DNA from: an uncultured Bacillota bacterium
GTDB lineage: Bacteria; Bacillota; Limnochordia; Limnochordales; ZCTH02-B6
Length of the DNA: 64,000 nucleotides
Reading direction: 5' to 3'
Assembly (NCBI GenBank): GCA_937975235.1
Contig: CALJUZ010000001.1
Span: forward strand, 21,885-85,884
Made by a program: the position numbers and the translations under genes. Shown piece by piece: positions 29,399-39,097 of this stretch. Position 1 is the first letter of the stretch. Every line of letters begins with the position of its first letter. The notes under the pieces are model-generated. The model worked only from the letters and a program-made list of their open reading frames with translations. It did not search any database and was not told the DNA's origin.

Positions 29399-30697
29399 GT
29401 GGCCCACCCGCTGGAAATGCGCGTGCTGACCCAAGGCATCGGCGAGGTCGATCTGACGCGCATTGAAAACTACGAGGCGCAGGGCGGCTACGCCGCGCTG
29501 CGCAAGGCGCTGAAGCAGATGACGCCGCAGGACGTGCAGGCGGAAGTGAAAAAGGCCAATCTGCGCGGGCGCGGCGGCGCGGGCTTCCCGGCCGGCGTCA
29601 AGTGGGGCTTTCTGCCCGACGACGGCCGGCCCAGGTACCTGGCGTGCAACGGCGACGAAAGCGAGCCGGGCACGTTCAACAACCGCATGCTCATCGAGTT
29701 CAACCCGCACCTTTTGATCGAGGGCATTCTCATCGCCGCCTACGCGGTGCGGGCGTCCAAGTCCTTCATCTACCTGCGGGGCGAGTTCAAGAAGGGCGCG
29801 CGGGTTTTGGAGGACGCCATCGAGCAGGCGCGCGCCAAAGGCTACTTGGGCGACAACATTCTCGGCACCGATTTCTCCCAGGAAATCGTCGTCCACCGGG
29901 GCGCGGGGGCTTACATCTGCGGCGAGGAAACGGGCCTGCTCAGCTCGCTGGAAGGGGGCCGGGGCGAGCCCCGCAACAAGCCGCCGTTCCCGGCGGTGGC
30001 GGGCCTGTACGGCATGCCCACCGTGGTCAACAACGTGGAGACGCTGTGCAACGTGCCCTTCATCGTGGAGCGGGGCGCGGACTGGTTCTTGTCCATCGGC
30101 ACCGAAAACAGCCCGGGCACGAAGCTGTTTTCCGTCAGCGGCATGGTGCGGCGGCCGGGCAACTACGAGCTGCCTCTGGGCATTACCATGCGGGAGCTCA
30201 TCTTCGACGTGGCCGGCGGCCTTCTCCCCGGGCGCACGCTGAAGGCGGTGCAGCCCGGCGGCGCCAGCTCGCCGGTGCTGCTGCCCGAGCACCTGGACCT
30301 GCCGCTGGATTTCGACACCGTGCAGAAGGCGGGCTCCATTCTCGGCACCGCCGGCGTCATGGTGTTCGACGAGACCGTTTGCATGGTGCGGACGGCGCTG
30401 TACTACGCGGACTTCTTCTCCCACGAGTCGTGCGGCCAGTGCACGCCGTGCCGGGAGGGGACCGCGTGGACCGCGCGGCTGCTCCGCAAGATCGAGCGCG
30501 GCCAAGGCACCATGGAGGACGTCGAGATCCTCAAGAGCCTGGACACGCTCATGTCCGGCACGACCATTTGTCTGCTCTCGGACTTCTCCAAGACGTTCTT
30601 GATGTCGGTGCTGAAGCATTTCCCGGAGGAGTTTGAGGCCCACATCAAAGGGCGCGCCTGTTTGGCGGAGCAGCCGCAGGAGGTGCGCAGCGCGTGA
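29399..30697 (+). CDS. nuoF: NADH-quinone oxidoreductase subunit F
   Basis: 432 aa. FMN/NADH motifs GRGGAGFPAGVKW and YICGEETGLL. 4Fe-4S motif ESCGQCTPCREG. Confidence 0.95.
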   Translation: MAHPLEMRVLTQGIGEVDLTRIENYEAQGGYAALRKALKQMTPQDVQAEVKKANLRGRGGAGFPAGVKWGFLPDDGRPRYLACNGDESEPGTFNNRMLIEFNPHLLIEGILIAAYAVRASKSFIYLRGEFKKGARVLEDAIEQARAKGYLGDNILGTDFSQEIVVHRGAGAYICGEETGLLSSLEGGRGEPRNKPPFPAVAGLYGMPTVVNNVETLCNVPFIVERGADWFLSIGTENSPGTKLFSVSGMVRRPGNYELPLGITMRELIFDVAGGLLPGRTLKAVQPGGASSPVLLPEHLDLPLDFDTVQKAGSILGTAGVMVFDETVCMVRTALYYADFFSHESCGQCTPCREGTAWTARLLRKIERGQGTMEDVEILKSLDTLMSGTTICLLSDFSKTFLMSVLKHFPEEFEAHIKGRACLAEQPQEVRSA

Positions 30698-33069
30698 GCA
30701 AGCTCGTCAAAGTGACGTTCGACGGCATAGAAGTTGAAGTGCCCGAAGGCATGGGCCTGGTGGAGGCGGCGGCGCAGGCGGGCATCGAAATTCCGGTGTT
30801 CTGCCACCACCACAAGCTGGATCCGGTGGGCGTCTGCCGCATGTGCCTGGTGGAGGTGGAGGGCCAGCGCAAGCCGGTCACCGCCTGCACCATGAAGGCC
30901 GCCGACGGCTTGGTGGTCCGCACCGAGACGGACCTCATCCGGCACCTGCGCCAGGGCGTGCTGGAGTTTCTCCTGCTCAACCACCCGCTGGACTGCCCGG
31001 TGTGCGACAAAGGCGGCGAGTGCCCGCTGCAGGACAATACGTTCAAGTACGGGCCCACGGCCAGCCGCCTGACCATGGCCAAAGTGCGCAAGCGCAAAGC
31101 GGTGGACATGGGCAACTTCATCATTTTCGACGAAGAGCGCTGCATTTTGTGCCGCCGCTGCGTGCGCTTCGACGGCGAGATCGCCCTGGAGGGCAACCTG
31201 GTGGTGGGCCAGCGGGCCCACGAGGCCATCATCACCACCACGGACGGCCAGGACTTTGACTCCTACTTCAGCGGCAACACCATCGAGCTGTGCCCGGTGG
31301 GCGCGCTGACGTCGAAGAACTATCGGTTCCAGGCCCGGCCGTGGGACCTCTCCAGCGTCCCGTCCATCTGCACCGGCTGTTCCGTCGGCTGCAACGTGCG
31401 CCTGGACTTCCGCTTCGGCGAGCTGGTGCGCCTGGTGGCCCGGGAGCATCCGGACGTGGACAACGGCTGGCTGTGCGACCGGGGCCGCTTCAACTACCGC
31501 TACATCCACGGCGAGGAGCGCCTCACCCGGCCGCTGATGCGCAAGGGCGGCCAGTTCGTGGAAGTGAGCTGGAGCGAGGCGCTGATGGAAATCGCCAGCC
31601 GCCTGCGCACGGCCCGCCGGGACCACGGCGCCGGCAGCATCGGCTTCATCGGCGGCGGCCGGCTGACCAACGAAGAGGCGTACCTGTTCCAGAAGCTGGC
31701 CCGGGACGTGGTGGGCACGCCCAACGTCGACCACCGCGTGGGCGGACAGCAGGTGGCGTCCTTGGCCGAATACTCGGGCCGCATTGCCGACATCAACGAC
31801 GCCGACGTCATCTTGCTGGTGGACGTGCTGCCGCAGGAGCGCATCCCCGTGGTGGACCTGCGGGTGCGCCGGGCGGCCCGGCGCTGGGGCGCCAAGCTGT
31901 TCAGCGTGGGCGCGGCCAAGCCGCCCTATCGGGTGCCCCATACCCACATCGCCGCGGCGCCGGGGACCACCGCGGCGGTGCTGCGGCAGGCCGCGGGCGC
32001 CCCCGGCGACGGCGGACCGGTCCAGGAACTGGCCGACGCCGTGGCGGGCGCGAAAAAAGTGGTCGTCGTCTGGAACGGCGACGACGCGTCCGTCGGCGCG
32101 GCGCTGCTGGAGGCGGCGGCCGCGTGGGGCGCCGGAGGGGAGCGGCACGTCAAGGTGCTCATTCCCGGCGAGCAGGCCAACAGCCGCGGCGCCGAGGCCA
32201 TGGGCGTGCGGCCGGACATGAAGCCGGGCTTTGCGCCCGTGCCCGCGGACGAGGCGGGCCTGGACACCCGGGCGATGCTGGAGGCCGCGCGAGACGGCCG
32301 GCTGCAGGCGCTGTATCTGGCCTCGGCCAACCTGGCCGGCACCTTCCCCGACGAGCTGCTGGTGCGGGAGGCGCTGGAGAAGGTGCCGTTCCTGGTCGTG
32401 CAGGATCTGTTCCTGACCGAGACGGCCAAGTACGCCGACGTCATCTTGCCGGCGGCCGAGTTCCCCGCCAAGAGCGGCTCGTACACGAACTTTGAAGGCC
32501 GCGTCCAGTCCGTGGAGCGGGCCATGGACCCGGCGGGCGAGACGCGAACCGACGGCGACATTTTCCGGGCCGTCGCGGAAGCCATGGGCGAGAAGCTCGT
32601 CCCCTCGGAGCAGGAGTTCCGCTGGGAGATGCAGGAGCTGCTGGGGCGCGTGGCGCCGGAAGGCTTCGTCGGCGGCATCCCGGCGGACGTCCTGGCCGCG
32701 GCCGGGGACGAGGCCGGGGCCGACGCGGCGCCGGCCGACGGCGCGCTGCGGCTGGTGCCGGTGGACCGCCTCTACGGCGGCGGCGGCACGGCCCGCTTCG
32801 ACCGCTGGTTCAGCTACGTGCAGCCCAAGCCCGAGGCCTTCATCCATCCCGACGACGCCCGGGCCCTTTCCCTGGCCGACGGCGACGCCGTGGAGCTGGG
32901 CGAGGGCGAAGCGGCCATCGTCTGCACGGTGCGCGTGGACGCGGACGTGCTGCCGGGCACGGTGCAAGTGCCCAGGGGCGTCGCCGATGCTCCGGTGCAC
33001 CGCCTCCAGCGCGGCCGGGCGTTCCCGGCGGTGCGGCTGTCGCGGCGCGTGCTCGAGGAGGTTGGCTGA
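30694..33069 (+). CDS. nuoG: NADH-quinone oxidoreductase subunit G
   Basis: 791 aa. GTGA overlap with the nuoF stop. N-terminal 2Fe-2S and 4Fe-4S cysteine patterns (CHHHKLDPVGVCRMC, HPLDCPVCDKGGEC, RCILCRRCVR), followed by a molybdopterin-oxidoreductase-like domain. Confidence 0.93.
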   Translation: MSKLVKVTFDGIEVEVPEGMGLVEAAAQAGIEIPVFCHHHKLDPVGVCRMCLVEVEGQRKPVTACTMKAADGLVVRTETDLIRHLRQGVLEFLLLNHPLDCPVCDKGGECPLQDNTFKYGPTASRLTMAKVRKRKAVDMGNFIIFDEERCILCRRCVRFDGEIALEGNLVVGQRAHEAIITTTDGQDFDSYFSGNTIELCPVGALTSKNYRFQARPWDLSSVPSICTGCSVGCNVRLDFRFGELVRLVAREHPDVDNGWLCDRGRFNYRYIHGEERLTRPLMRKGGQFVEVSWSEALMEIASRLRTARRDHGAGSIGFIGGGRLTNEEAYLFQKLARDVVGTPNVDHRVGGQQVASLAEYSGRIADINDADVILLVDVLPQERIPVVDLRVRRAARRWGAKLFSVGAAKPPYRVPHTHIAAAPGTTAAVLRQAAGAPGDGGPVQELADAVAGAKKVVVVWNGDDASVGAALLEAAAAWGAGGERHVKVLIPGEQANSRGAEAMGVRPDMKPGFAPVPADEAGLDTRAMLEAARDGRLQALYLASANLAGTFPDELLVREALEKVPFLVVQDLFLTETAKYADVILPAAEFPAKSGSYTNFEGRVQSVERAMDPAGETRTDGDIFRAVAEAMGEKLVPSEQEFRWEMQELLGRVAPEGFVGGIPADVLAAAGDEAGADAAPADGALRLVPVDRLYGGGGTARFDRWFSYVQPKPEAFIHPDDARALSLADGDAVELGEGEAAIVCTVRVDADVLPGTVQVPRGVADAPVHRLQRGRAFPAVRLSRRVLEEVG

Positions 33070-34052
33070 TGAACGACTTGTGGATTTCCCTCGTGCAGTC
33101 GCTGATTCTCATCGTCGCGCTGCTGACGGTGTTCGCCGGGATGACGCTGGTGGAGCGCAAGCTGCTGGGGTACTTCCACTTGCGCGTCGGGCCGACCCGC
33201 ACCGGGCCCTGGGGCCTGGCCCAGCCCATTGCGGACGCCATCAAGGCCTTCGTCAAAGAGGACGTGATCCCCGCGGGCGCCGACAAGTTCGTGTTCCGGC
33301 TGGCGCCGGTCATCTCCGTGTTCACGGCGCTGGCGGTGTGGTCGGTCATTCCCGTCGGGCCGCCCGTGGAGATCGGCGGGCGGGTGATTCCGCTGCAAGT
33401 GGCGGACCCCGCGGGCGGGGCGCTGGTGGCCCTGGCCTTTACCAGCCTGCACATTTACGGCGTGAGCTTGGCGGGCTGGGCGTCCCAGAGCAAGTATTCG
33501 CTCTTGGGGGCCATGCGGGCCGCGGCGCAGCTCATCAGCTACGAGCTGTCCATGGCCATGAGCATTCTCGGCGTCTTCATGCTGGCCGGGTCGCTGCGCC
33601 TGGCGGACATCGTGGCCGCCCAGTCGGACGTGGCGTTCATCTGGCTGCAGCCCGTGGGCTTTCTCATTTTCTTCATCGCCGGCGTGGCCGAAGTCGCGCG
33701 CATGCCCTTCGACTTGCCGGAGGCGGAGACGGAGCTGGTGGCGGGCTACAGCACCGAGTACAGCGGCATGCGCTTCGCCATGTTCATGATGGCCGAGTAC
33801 CTCGGCATGATGAGCGTGTCCGCCATGGTGACGCTGCTGTACCTAAAGGGCTGGCACGGGCCGGCGTTCCTGCCGCCCGTCGCGTGGTTCCTGGTGAAAG
33901 TGGCGGCGCTGCTGTTCGTCTTCATCTGGCTGCGGGCCACCTTCGTCCGGGTGCGCTACGACCGCTTGATGGACTTCGGCTGGAAAGTGATGCTGCCGCT
34001 GTCGTTCCTGAACTTGGTCGTCACGGCGGCGGGCGTGGCGCTGTGGGGCTGA
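33069..34052 (+). CDS. nuoH: NADH-quinone oxidoreductase subunit H
   Basis: 327 aa, polytopic. Motifs: ERKLLGYFHLRVGPTRTGPWGLAQPIADAIK and PFDLPEAETELVAGY. The ATG shares one base with the nuoG TGA. Confidence 0.93.
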   Translation: MNDLWISLVQSLILIVALLTVFAGMTLVERKLLGYFHLRVGPTRTGPWGLAQPIADAIKAFVKEDVIPAGADKFVFRLAPVISVFTALAVWSVIPVGPPVEIGGRVIPLQVADPAGGALVALAFTSLHIYGVSLAGWASQSKYSLLGAMRAAAQLISYELSMAMSILGVFMLAGSLRLADIVAAQSDVAFIWLQPVGFLIFFIAGVAEVARMPFDLPEAETELVAGYSTEYSGMRFAMFMMAEYLGMMSVSAMVTLLYLKGWHGPAFLPPVAWFLVKVAALLFVFIWLRATFVRVRYDRLMDFGWKVMLPLSFLNLVVTAAGVALWG

Positions 34053-34087
34053 GCCGGGGCCGGATTAGGCGCGAGGAGTGATGCCGA

Positions 34088-34633
34088 ATGTTGAAGGCGA
34101 TCGCCCAGGGCATGGGAACGACCCTGCGCATTCTGTTCCGCAAGAAAGAGACCATCGCGTACCCGTACGAGAAGAAGCCGCGCTCCGAGCGGTTCCGCGG
34201 GCGCCACGAGCTGCGCCGCTACAGCAACGGGCTGGAGATGTGCATCGGCTGCGAGCTGTGCCAGGTGGCGTGTCCGGCGGCGGCCATTACCGTCATGCCC
34301 GCGGAAAACGATCCGGAACGCCCCAACTCGCCCGGTGAGCGCTACGCGTGGAAGTACGAGGTCGACATGCTGCGCTGCATTTTCTGCGGGCTGTGCGAAG
34401 AGGCGTGCCCGACCCAGGCGCTGCACCTGACGCAGGAAAACGAGCTGGCCGACTTTACCCGGGACAGCTTCATCTATGCCCGCGACCGCCTGGTCAACCA
34501 GCACACCAGCGACTTTACGGTGCCGGTGAACGTGTATCCCGAATACAACGGCTGGGTGCCCATGCACGACGGCGCGGACGGGCGCGAGACCGGCCGGGGC
34601 CCGCAGGCCTTGCGGGAGGCGGATAAGGCATGA
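34088..34633 (+). CDS. nuoI: NADH-quinone oxidoreductase subunit I
   Basis: Two ferredoxin motifs: [12 protein letters not shown] and [21 protein letters not shown]. Confidence 0.93.
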   Translation: MLKAIAQGMGTTLRILFRKKETIAYPYEKKPRSERFRGRHELRRYSNGLEMCIGCELCQVACPAAAITVMPAENDPERPNSPGERYAWKYEVDMLRCIFCGLCEEACPTQALHLTQENELADFTRDSFIYARDRLVNQHTSDFTVPVNVYPEYNGWVPMHDGADGRETGRGPQALREADKA

Positions 34634-35127
34634 GCGCGGTGGCCGTTGTCGCGGCGGTGCTGGCCGTGGCCGGCGGCGTGGGCGTCATCGCGTCGCGCCG
34701 GCCGGTGCGGTCGGTGCTGTCGCTGCTGCTGACGCTGCTGTCCCTGGCGGTGCTGTTTATCGGGCTGGGCGCCGAGTTCATCGGGCTCATCCAGATCATC
34801 GTGTACGCCGGCGCCGTCATGGTGTTGTTCGTCTTCGTCATCAGCTTGCTGAGCGCGAAGAACGAGCCGCTGGAACGGCCCGTGTCGCTGCTGCCCGGAC
34901 AGGAGCGGTGGGGCGGGGTCGCGGCCGCGGTGCTGGCGGTGCTGCTCATCGTGGCCGGGCTGCGGCACGCGTACCCGGCGGCCCGGTCGGTGTTCGACGG
35001 GTACGGCGCGGTGCGGGCCTTCGGCGAAGCTTTGTTTTACGAACACGTTTTCGTGCTGCAGCTGGCGGCGCTGCTTCTCATGGTGGCCGTCGTCGGCGTC
35101 GTCATCCTGATCGCCCGCCGCAGCTGA
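34630..35127 (+). CDS. nuoJ: NADH-quinone oxidoreductase subunit J
   Basis: 165-aa membrane ORF. ATGA overlap with the nuoI stop. Motif [18 protein letters not shown]. Confidence 0.88.
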   Translation: MSAVAVVAAVLAVAGGVGVIASRRPVRSVLSLLLTLLSLAVLFIGLGAEFIGLIQIIVYAGAVMVLFVFVISLLSAKNEPLERPVSLLPGQERWGGVAAAVLAVLLIVAGLRHAYPAARSVFDGYGAVRAFGEALFYEHVFVLQLAALLLMVAVVGVVILIARRS

Positions 35128-35197
35128 CGGCGGGCTCGCGCCCCCGGCCGGGAGCACGCGCAGCCCGGCCCGGGCGGGGCAGAGGAGGTTGGCGTCA

Positions 35198-35506
35198 TTG
35201 CCCGGTTTTGCCATCGAAGGATACGTCATCGTCAGCGTCGTGCTGTTCGCGCTGGGCATCGCGGGCGTTCTCGTGCGGAGAAGCCCTCTGGTCATGCTGA
35301 TGGCCATCGAGCTGATGTGGGGCGCGGCGGCGCTGCTGTTTCTGGCTTTCGCCCGGCAGTTCGCCCTGATGGACGGGCACGTGTTCTCTTTCTTGATTCT
35401 CGTCGTGGGCGCGGCCGAGGCCGCCATCGGCCTGGGCCTCATCGTTCTGCTCTTCCGGGCGAGGGAAGCGGTGGACGTGGACGAGGTGCGGGAACTGCGC
35501 GGCTAG
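35198..35506 (+). CDS. nuoK: NADH-quinone oxidoreductase subunit K
   Basis: The track ORF starts at TTG 35189, directly abutting the GAGGAGG. The second in-frame TTG at 35198 has 9-nt spacing. Motif LMAIELMWGAAALLF...AAEAAIGLGLIVLLFR. About 102 aa. Confidence 0.88.
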   Translation: MPGFAIEGYVIVSVVLFALGIAGVLVRRSPLVMLMAIELMWGAAALLFLAFARQFALMDGHVFSFLILVVGAAEAAIGLGLIVLLFRAREAVDVDEVRELRG

Positions 35507-35574
35507 ACCGGGTCGGGGCCTGCCGCGGCCGGTGCGGCCGGCGGGTCCGGACCGCGTGAAAGAGGGGTAAGTCG

Positions 35575-37521
35575 GTGGAATACAACTGGTTGCTCATACT
35601 CATACCGGGCCTGCCCTTGCTCGGCGCCGCGCTCATCGCCGCAGGCGCTCAGGGCCGCTGGAACCGCTCTTTCCTGGCTGCATTGGGCTGCACCGCCGTG
35701 TTTCTGGCCTTCGTGGCGACGGTCCTCGTGCGGCTGCAGTACAACGCGGCGGCGCCTTTCGGCAGCGTGCACATGCCGCTGTGGTCCTGGGGCGTGGACG
35801 GCGTCGGCCTGGGGCTGCTGGGCGATTCCATCTCCACGTGGTTCGCGCTGGTCGTCACAGGCGTGGGGTTTTTGATTCATTTGTACTCGGCCGCGTACAT
35901 GGCCGATGATCCGAGCTATCCCAGGTTTTTCGCGAAGCTGAACTTCTTCATCTTCGCCATGAGCGTGCTGGTGCTGGCCGACGGCTTCGTGGGCATGCTC
36001 ATCGGCTGGGCCAACGTGGGCGTCGCGTCGTACCTGCTCATCGGCTTCTGGCACGCGCGGCCGGCCGCGGCCGCGGCGGCCAAGAAGGCGTACTGGGTCA
36101 ACACGGTGGGCGAGATCGGCCTGATTTTGGGCGCGATCGTCATGCTCCAGCACTTTGGCAGCCTGTACTTCGCCGACGTGCTGCCGCAGGCGTGGTTCGC
36201 GCCGCAAAACGTGCTGAACGCGGTGGCGCTGCTGCTGCTGGCCGGCGCGGTGGCCAAGTCGGCCCAGCTGCCGCTGCACGTGTGGCTGCCGGACGCGATG
36301 CAAGGGCCGACGCCGGTCAGCGCCCTCATCCACGCGGCCACCATGGTCACCGCCGGCGTGTATTTGGTCGTGCGGGCCTATCCGATTTTCGAGGCGGCGC
36401 CGTGGGGCTTGCCCGCGGTGGCGCTGGTGGGCATCGGCTCGGTGCTGTTCGGCGCGCTGGCCGCCCTGGGCCAGAACGACATCAAGCGGGTGCTGGCCTT
36501 CTCCACCATGAGCCAGGTGGGCTACATGATGCTGGGCGCGGGCGTGGGCGCGTATTCGGCGGCGCTGTTTCACTTCGCCACCCACGCGTTCTTCAAGGCG
36601 CTGCTGTTCCTGGGCGCCGGCGTGGTGATTCACCGCTTCGGCGGTGAACAGGACATTCGCAAAATGGGCGGGCTGGGCAAGAGCCACCCGTTCGCGTACT
36701 GGACGTTCCTCATCGGCACGCTGGCCCTGGTGGGCCTGCCGCCGCTGGCCGGCTTCTACAGCAAGGACGCCATCGTCGTCGGCGCCCTCATGGCCGGGCG
36801 GCCGTGGCTTTGGGCGCTGGCCGTTGTCGGTGCCGGGCTGACGGCGTTTTACATGATGCGCCTGTTTGCGCTGGTGTTTACGGGCGACAGCCCGGAAGTG
36901 GCCGCGTTCCAGCGGGGCGAAGGGGCCCGGCAGGCGGCCGCGGCTGCGGAAGCGGGCGTGGGCCGTTCCCGGCCCGTGCCGCCGCTGAAGATGGTGCCGC
37001 TGGTGGTCTTGACGCTGCTGTCCATCGTCGGCGGCTTCTTCGCCATGCCTGACCTTTCGGGCGTGCCCGGCGCTGCCGAGGGCGCGCGGCTGGCCGCGCC
37101 GCCGGCCCACGAAGCGGCGGTGGCCGGCCGGGTGCTGACCGAGAGTTCCGCGGCGACGCTGACCATCGCGCTGCTTTTGGCAGTGTCCGTCATCGGCGGC
37201 GGCCTGGCGCTGCAGCGCTTCGGTCCCAAGCGCGCGCCGCAGACCGCGGAGAGCGGCTTCGTGAAGGCCGCGGGCGCGGGCTTCTATTTTGACGATTTCT
37301 ACCGGGCCGTCTTCGTGCGCCCGCTGCGGGCCACGGCCGGCTTCGTGGGCGACGTGACGGAACCGCACGTCATCGACGGCGCGGTGAACGGTGTGGCGCG
37401 CCTCGCGGCCACGCTGTCGGGCGCGGTGCGGCGCGTGCAGAGCGGCTACGTGCGCCGCTACGCGCTGGCGCTCATGGCGGGCGTGGCCGTGGTGCTGATC
37501 TACTTCGTCCTGATGGTCTGA
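35575..37521 (+). CDS. nuoL: NADH-quinone oxidoreductase subunit L
   Basis: 648 aa. The motif KSAQLPLHVWLPDAMQGPTPVSALIHAATMVTAGVY is diagnostic of NuoL. C-terminal lateral-helix region is present. Confidence 0.93.
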   Translation: MEYNWLLILIPGLPLLGAALIAAGAQGRWNRSFLAALGCTAVFLAFVATVLVRLQYNAAAPFGSVHMPLWSWGVDGVGLGLLGDSISTWFALVVTGVGFLIHLYSAAYMADDPSYPRFFAKLNFFIFAMSVLVLADGFVGMLIGWANVGVASYLLIGFWHARPAAAAAAKKAYWVNTVGEIGLILGAIVMLQHFGSLYFADVLPQAWFAPQNVLNAVALLLLAGAVAKSAQLPLHVWLPDAMQGPTPVSALIHAATMVTAGVYLVVRAYPIFEAAPWGLPAVALVGIGSVLFGALAALGQNDIKRVLAFSTMSQVGYMMLGAGVGAYSAALFHFATHAFFKALLFLGAGVVIHRFGGEQDIRKMGGLGKSHPFAYWTFLIGTLALVGLPPLAGFYSKDAIVVGALMAGRPWLWALAVVGAGLTAFYMMRLFALVFTGDSPEVAAFQRGEGARQAAAAAEAGVGRSRPVPPLKMVPLVVLTLLSIVGGFFAMPDLSGVPGAAEGARLAAPPAHEAAVAGRVLTESSAATLTIALLLAVSVIGGGLALQRFGPKRAPQTAESGFVKAAGAGFYFDDFYRAVFVRPLRATAGFVGDVTEPHVIDGAVNGVARLAATLSGAVRRVQSGYVRRYALALMAGVAVVLIYFVLMV

Positions 37522-37579
37522 CATTGGCTTGCCTCTGGGGCGGGGCGCGGGCGCCGCCCTTTGGAATGGAGGAGTCGCT

Positions 37580-39097
37580 GTGCCCGGGATAACGGACCTC
37601 AACATTATCGCTCCTCTGGTGGCGCTGACCGCCGGCGGGCTGGTCGTCATCGTGGCCGACCTGGTGACGCCGCGGCGGCTGGCCCGGCCGTGGACGTACG
37701 GCGTGGCCGCGGCCGCGGTGCTGGTGACGGCCTGGTACGTCGCGGACGCGTGGCAGGCGGTGCAGGCGGGGCCGCTGACGGCTTTCGCCGGCGCGGTGGT
37801 GGTCGACAAGCTGAGCGTGGCCCTCGCGGGCTTCTTGCTGGTGGCCGCGCTGTCCGTGGTCCTGATGAGCGCCGCCGACCGGGAGCGGGACATGTCAGGC
37901 TTTTTGTCGCTCATCCTGCTGGGCGCGGCCGGCATGACGGTGCTGGGCGCCGCCGGCAGCCTGATGGTCCTGTTCGTCTCGCTGGAAGTGTTCTCCCTGG
38001 GCTTGTACGCGCTCATCGCGTTTCACCGGGAGCGGTCCGAGGCCCGGGAGGGCGCGTTCAAGTATTTCCTTCTGGGTTCGGTGGCGTCCGGCTTTCTTCT
38101 GTACGGTTTCGCGCTGATGTACGGCGCGACGGGAACCCTGTCGCTGGCGGGCCTGGCGGAGTATGCGGCGGCGGGCGCCATTTCGCCCCTGTATCACGGG
38201 GGCTTCGCCCTGGCCGTCGTCGGGTTCGCCTTCAAGCTGGCGCTGGTGCCGTTCCACATGTGGGCGCCGGATGCGTACCAGGCGGCCACGCCCGCGGTGA
38301 CGGCCTTTATGGCCGTGGGCACGAAGGGCGCTGCGCTGGCGGCGCTGGCGCGGTTCGCCTGGGCCGCGGTGCCGCATGATCCGCAGCTCGCGGGCAAGTA
38401 CATGGCGCCGCTGGCGGTGCTGGCGGTGCTCAGCATGCTGGCGGGCAGCCTGTCGGCCCTTTTCCAGAACAACCTGAAGCGGCTGTTGGCGTACTCGGGC
38501 ATCACCCACGCGGGCTACCTGCTCATTCCCATCATCGCCCTGCAGGACAACGGCATGCGCCTGACCGTGTTTTATCTGTTCGGATACATGTTCATGACGC
38601 TGGGCGCCTTTGCCGTCATCACGGCGCTGCAGTTCCGCGGCGAGCAGGGCGACGACTTGCTCGCGAACGAGGGCCTCTGGCAGCGGCGGCCTTGGATGGC
38701 GGGTCTGCTGGCCTTCTTCTTCCTGGCCATGGCGGGCATGCCGCCCACCGCGGGGCTCACGGGCAAGCTGCTGCTCATCGGCGGCGGTCTGCAGGCCGGC
38801 GCCGGCGGCCTCATTGCCACGCTTATCGTCAGCACGGCCATCTCGGCCTACGCGTACCTGCGGGTCGTTTTGGCCGCGTTCCGGCCCGCGGGGGCGGGGC
38901 GGGATGAGGCCACGGCCGCGGCCATGGCGCCCATGGGCGGCGGCGACGGTACCGACGCGCCCTCGCCGTGGTCCAGCGCGTGGATCGATGTGGGGCTGGG
39001 CGTCGTGCTGGTGACGGCCGTGGCGGGCACGCTGGCCTTGGGCGTGTTCCCGGAGACGCTGCTGTCCGCGCTGGAAGGGCTGCTGCCGCCGCGATGA
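37580..39097 (+). CDS. nuoN: NADH-quinone oxidoreductase subunit N
   Basis: The track ORF is 37529..39097. GTG 37580 sits 5 nt after GGAGGAG. The NuoN-type motifs are EGAFKYFLLGSVASGFLLYG, FKLALVPFHMWAPDAYQAATPAVTAF and LKRLLAYSGITHAGYLL. The NuoM-type WLPDAHVEAPT motif is absent. Confidence 0.88.
   Translation: MPGITDLNIIAPLVALTAGGLVVIVADLVTPRRLARPWTYGVAAAAVLVTAWYVADAWQAVQAGPLTAFAGAVVVDKLSVALAGFLLVAALSVVLMSAADRERDMSGFLSLILLGAAGMTVLGAAGSLMVLFVSLEVFSLGLYALIAFHRERSEAREGAFKYFLLGSVASGFLLYGFALMYGATGTLSLAGLAEYAAAGAISPLYHGGFALAVVGFAFKLALVPFHMWAPDAYQAATPAVTAFMAVGTKGAALAALARFAWAAVPHDPQLAGKYMAPLAVLAVLSMLAGSLSALFQNNLKRLLAYSGITHAGYLLIPIIALQDNGMRLTVFYLFGYMFMTLGAFAVITALQFRGEQGDDLLANEGLWQRRPWMAGLLAFFFLAMAGMPPTAGLTGKLLLIGGGLQAGAGGLIATLIVSTAISAYAYLRVVLAAFRPAGAGRDEATAAAMAPMGGGDGTDAPSPWSSAWIDVGLGVVLVTAVAGTLALGVFPETLLSALEGLLPPR

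Noticed and set aside
37529-39097. Whether the gene after nuoL is actually nuoM, with nuoN missing instead.
   Set aside because: Its motifs match NuoN (KYFLLG..SG.LLYG; PFHMWAPDAYQAATP; LLAYSGITHAGY). The NuoM hallmark WLPDAHVEAPTAGSV is absent. Either way one antiporter-like subunit is missing from the operon.
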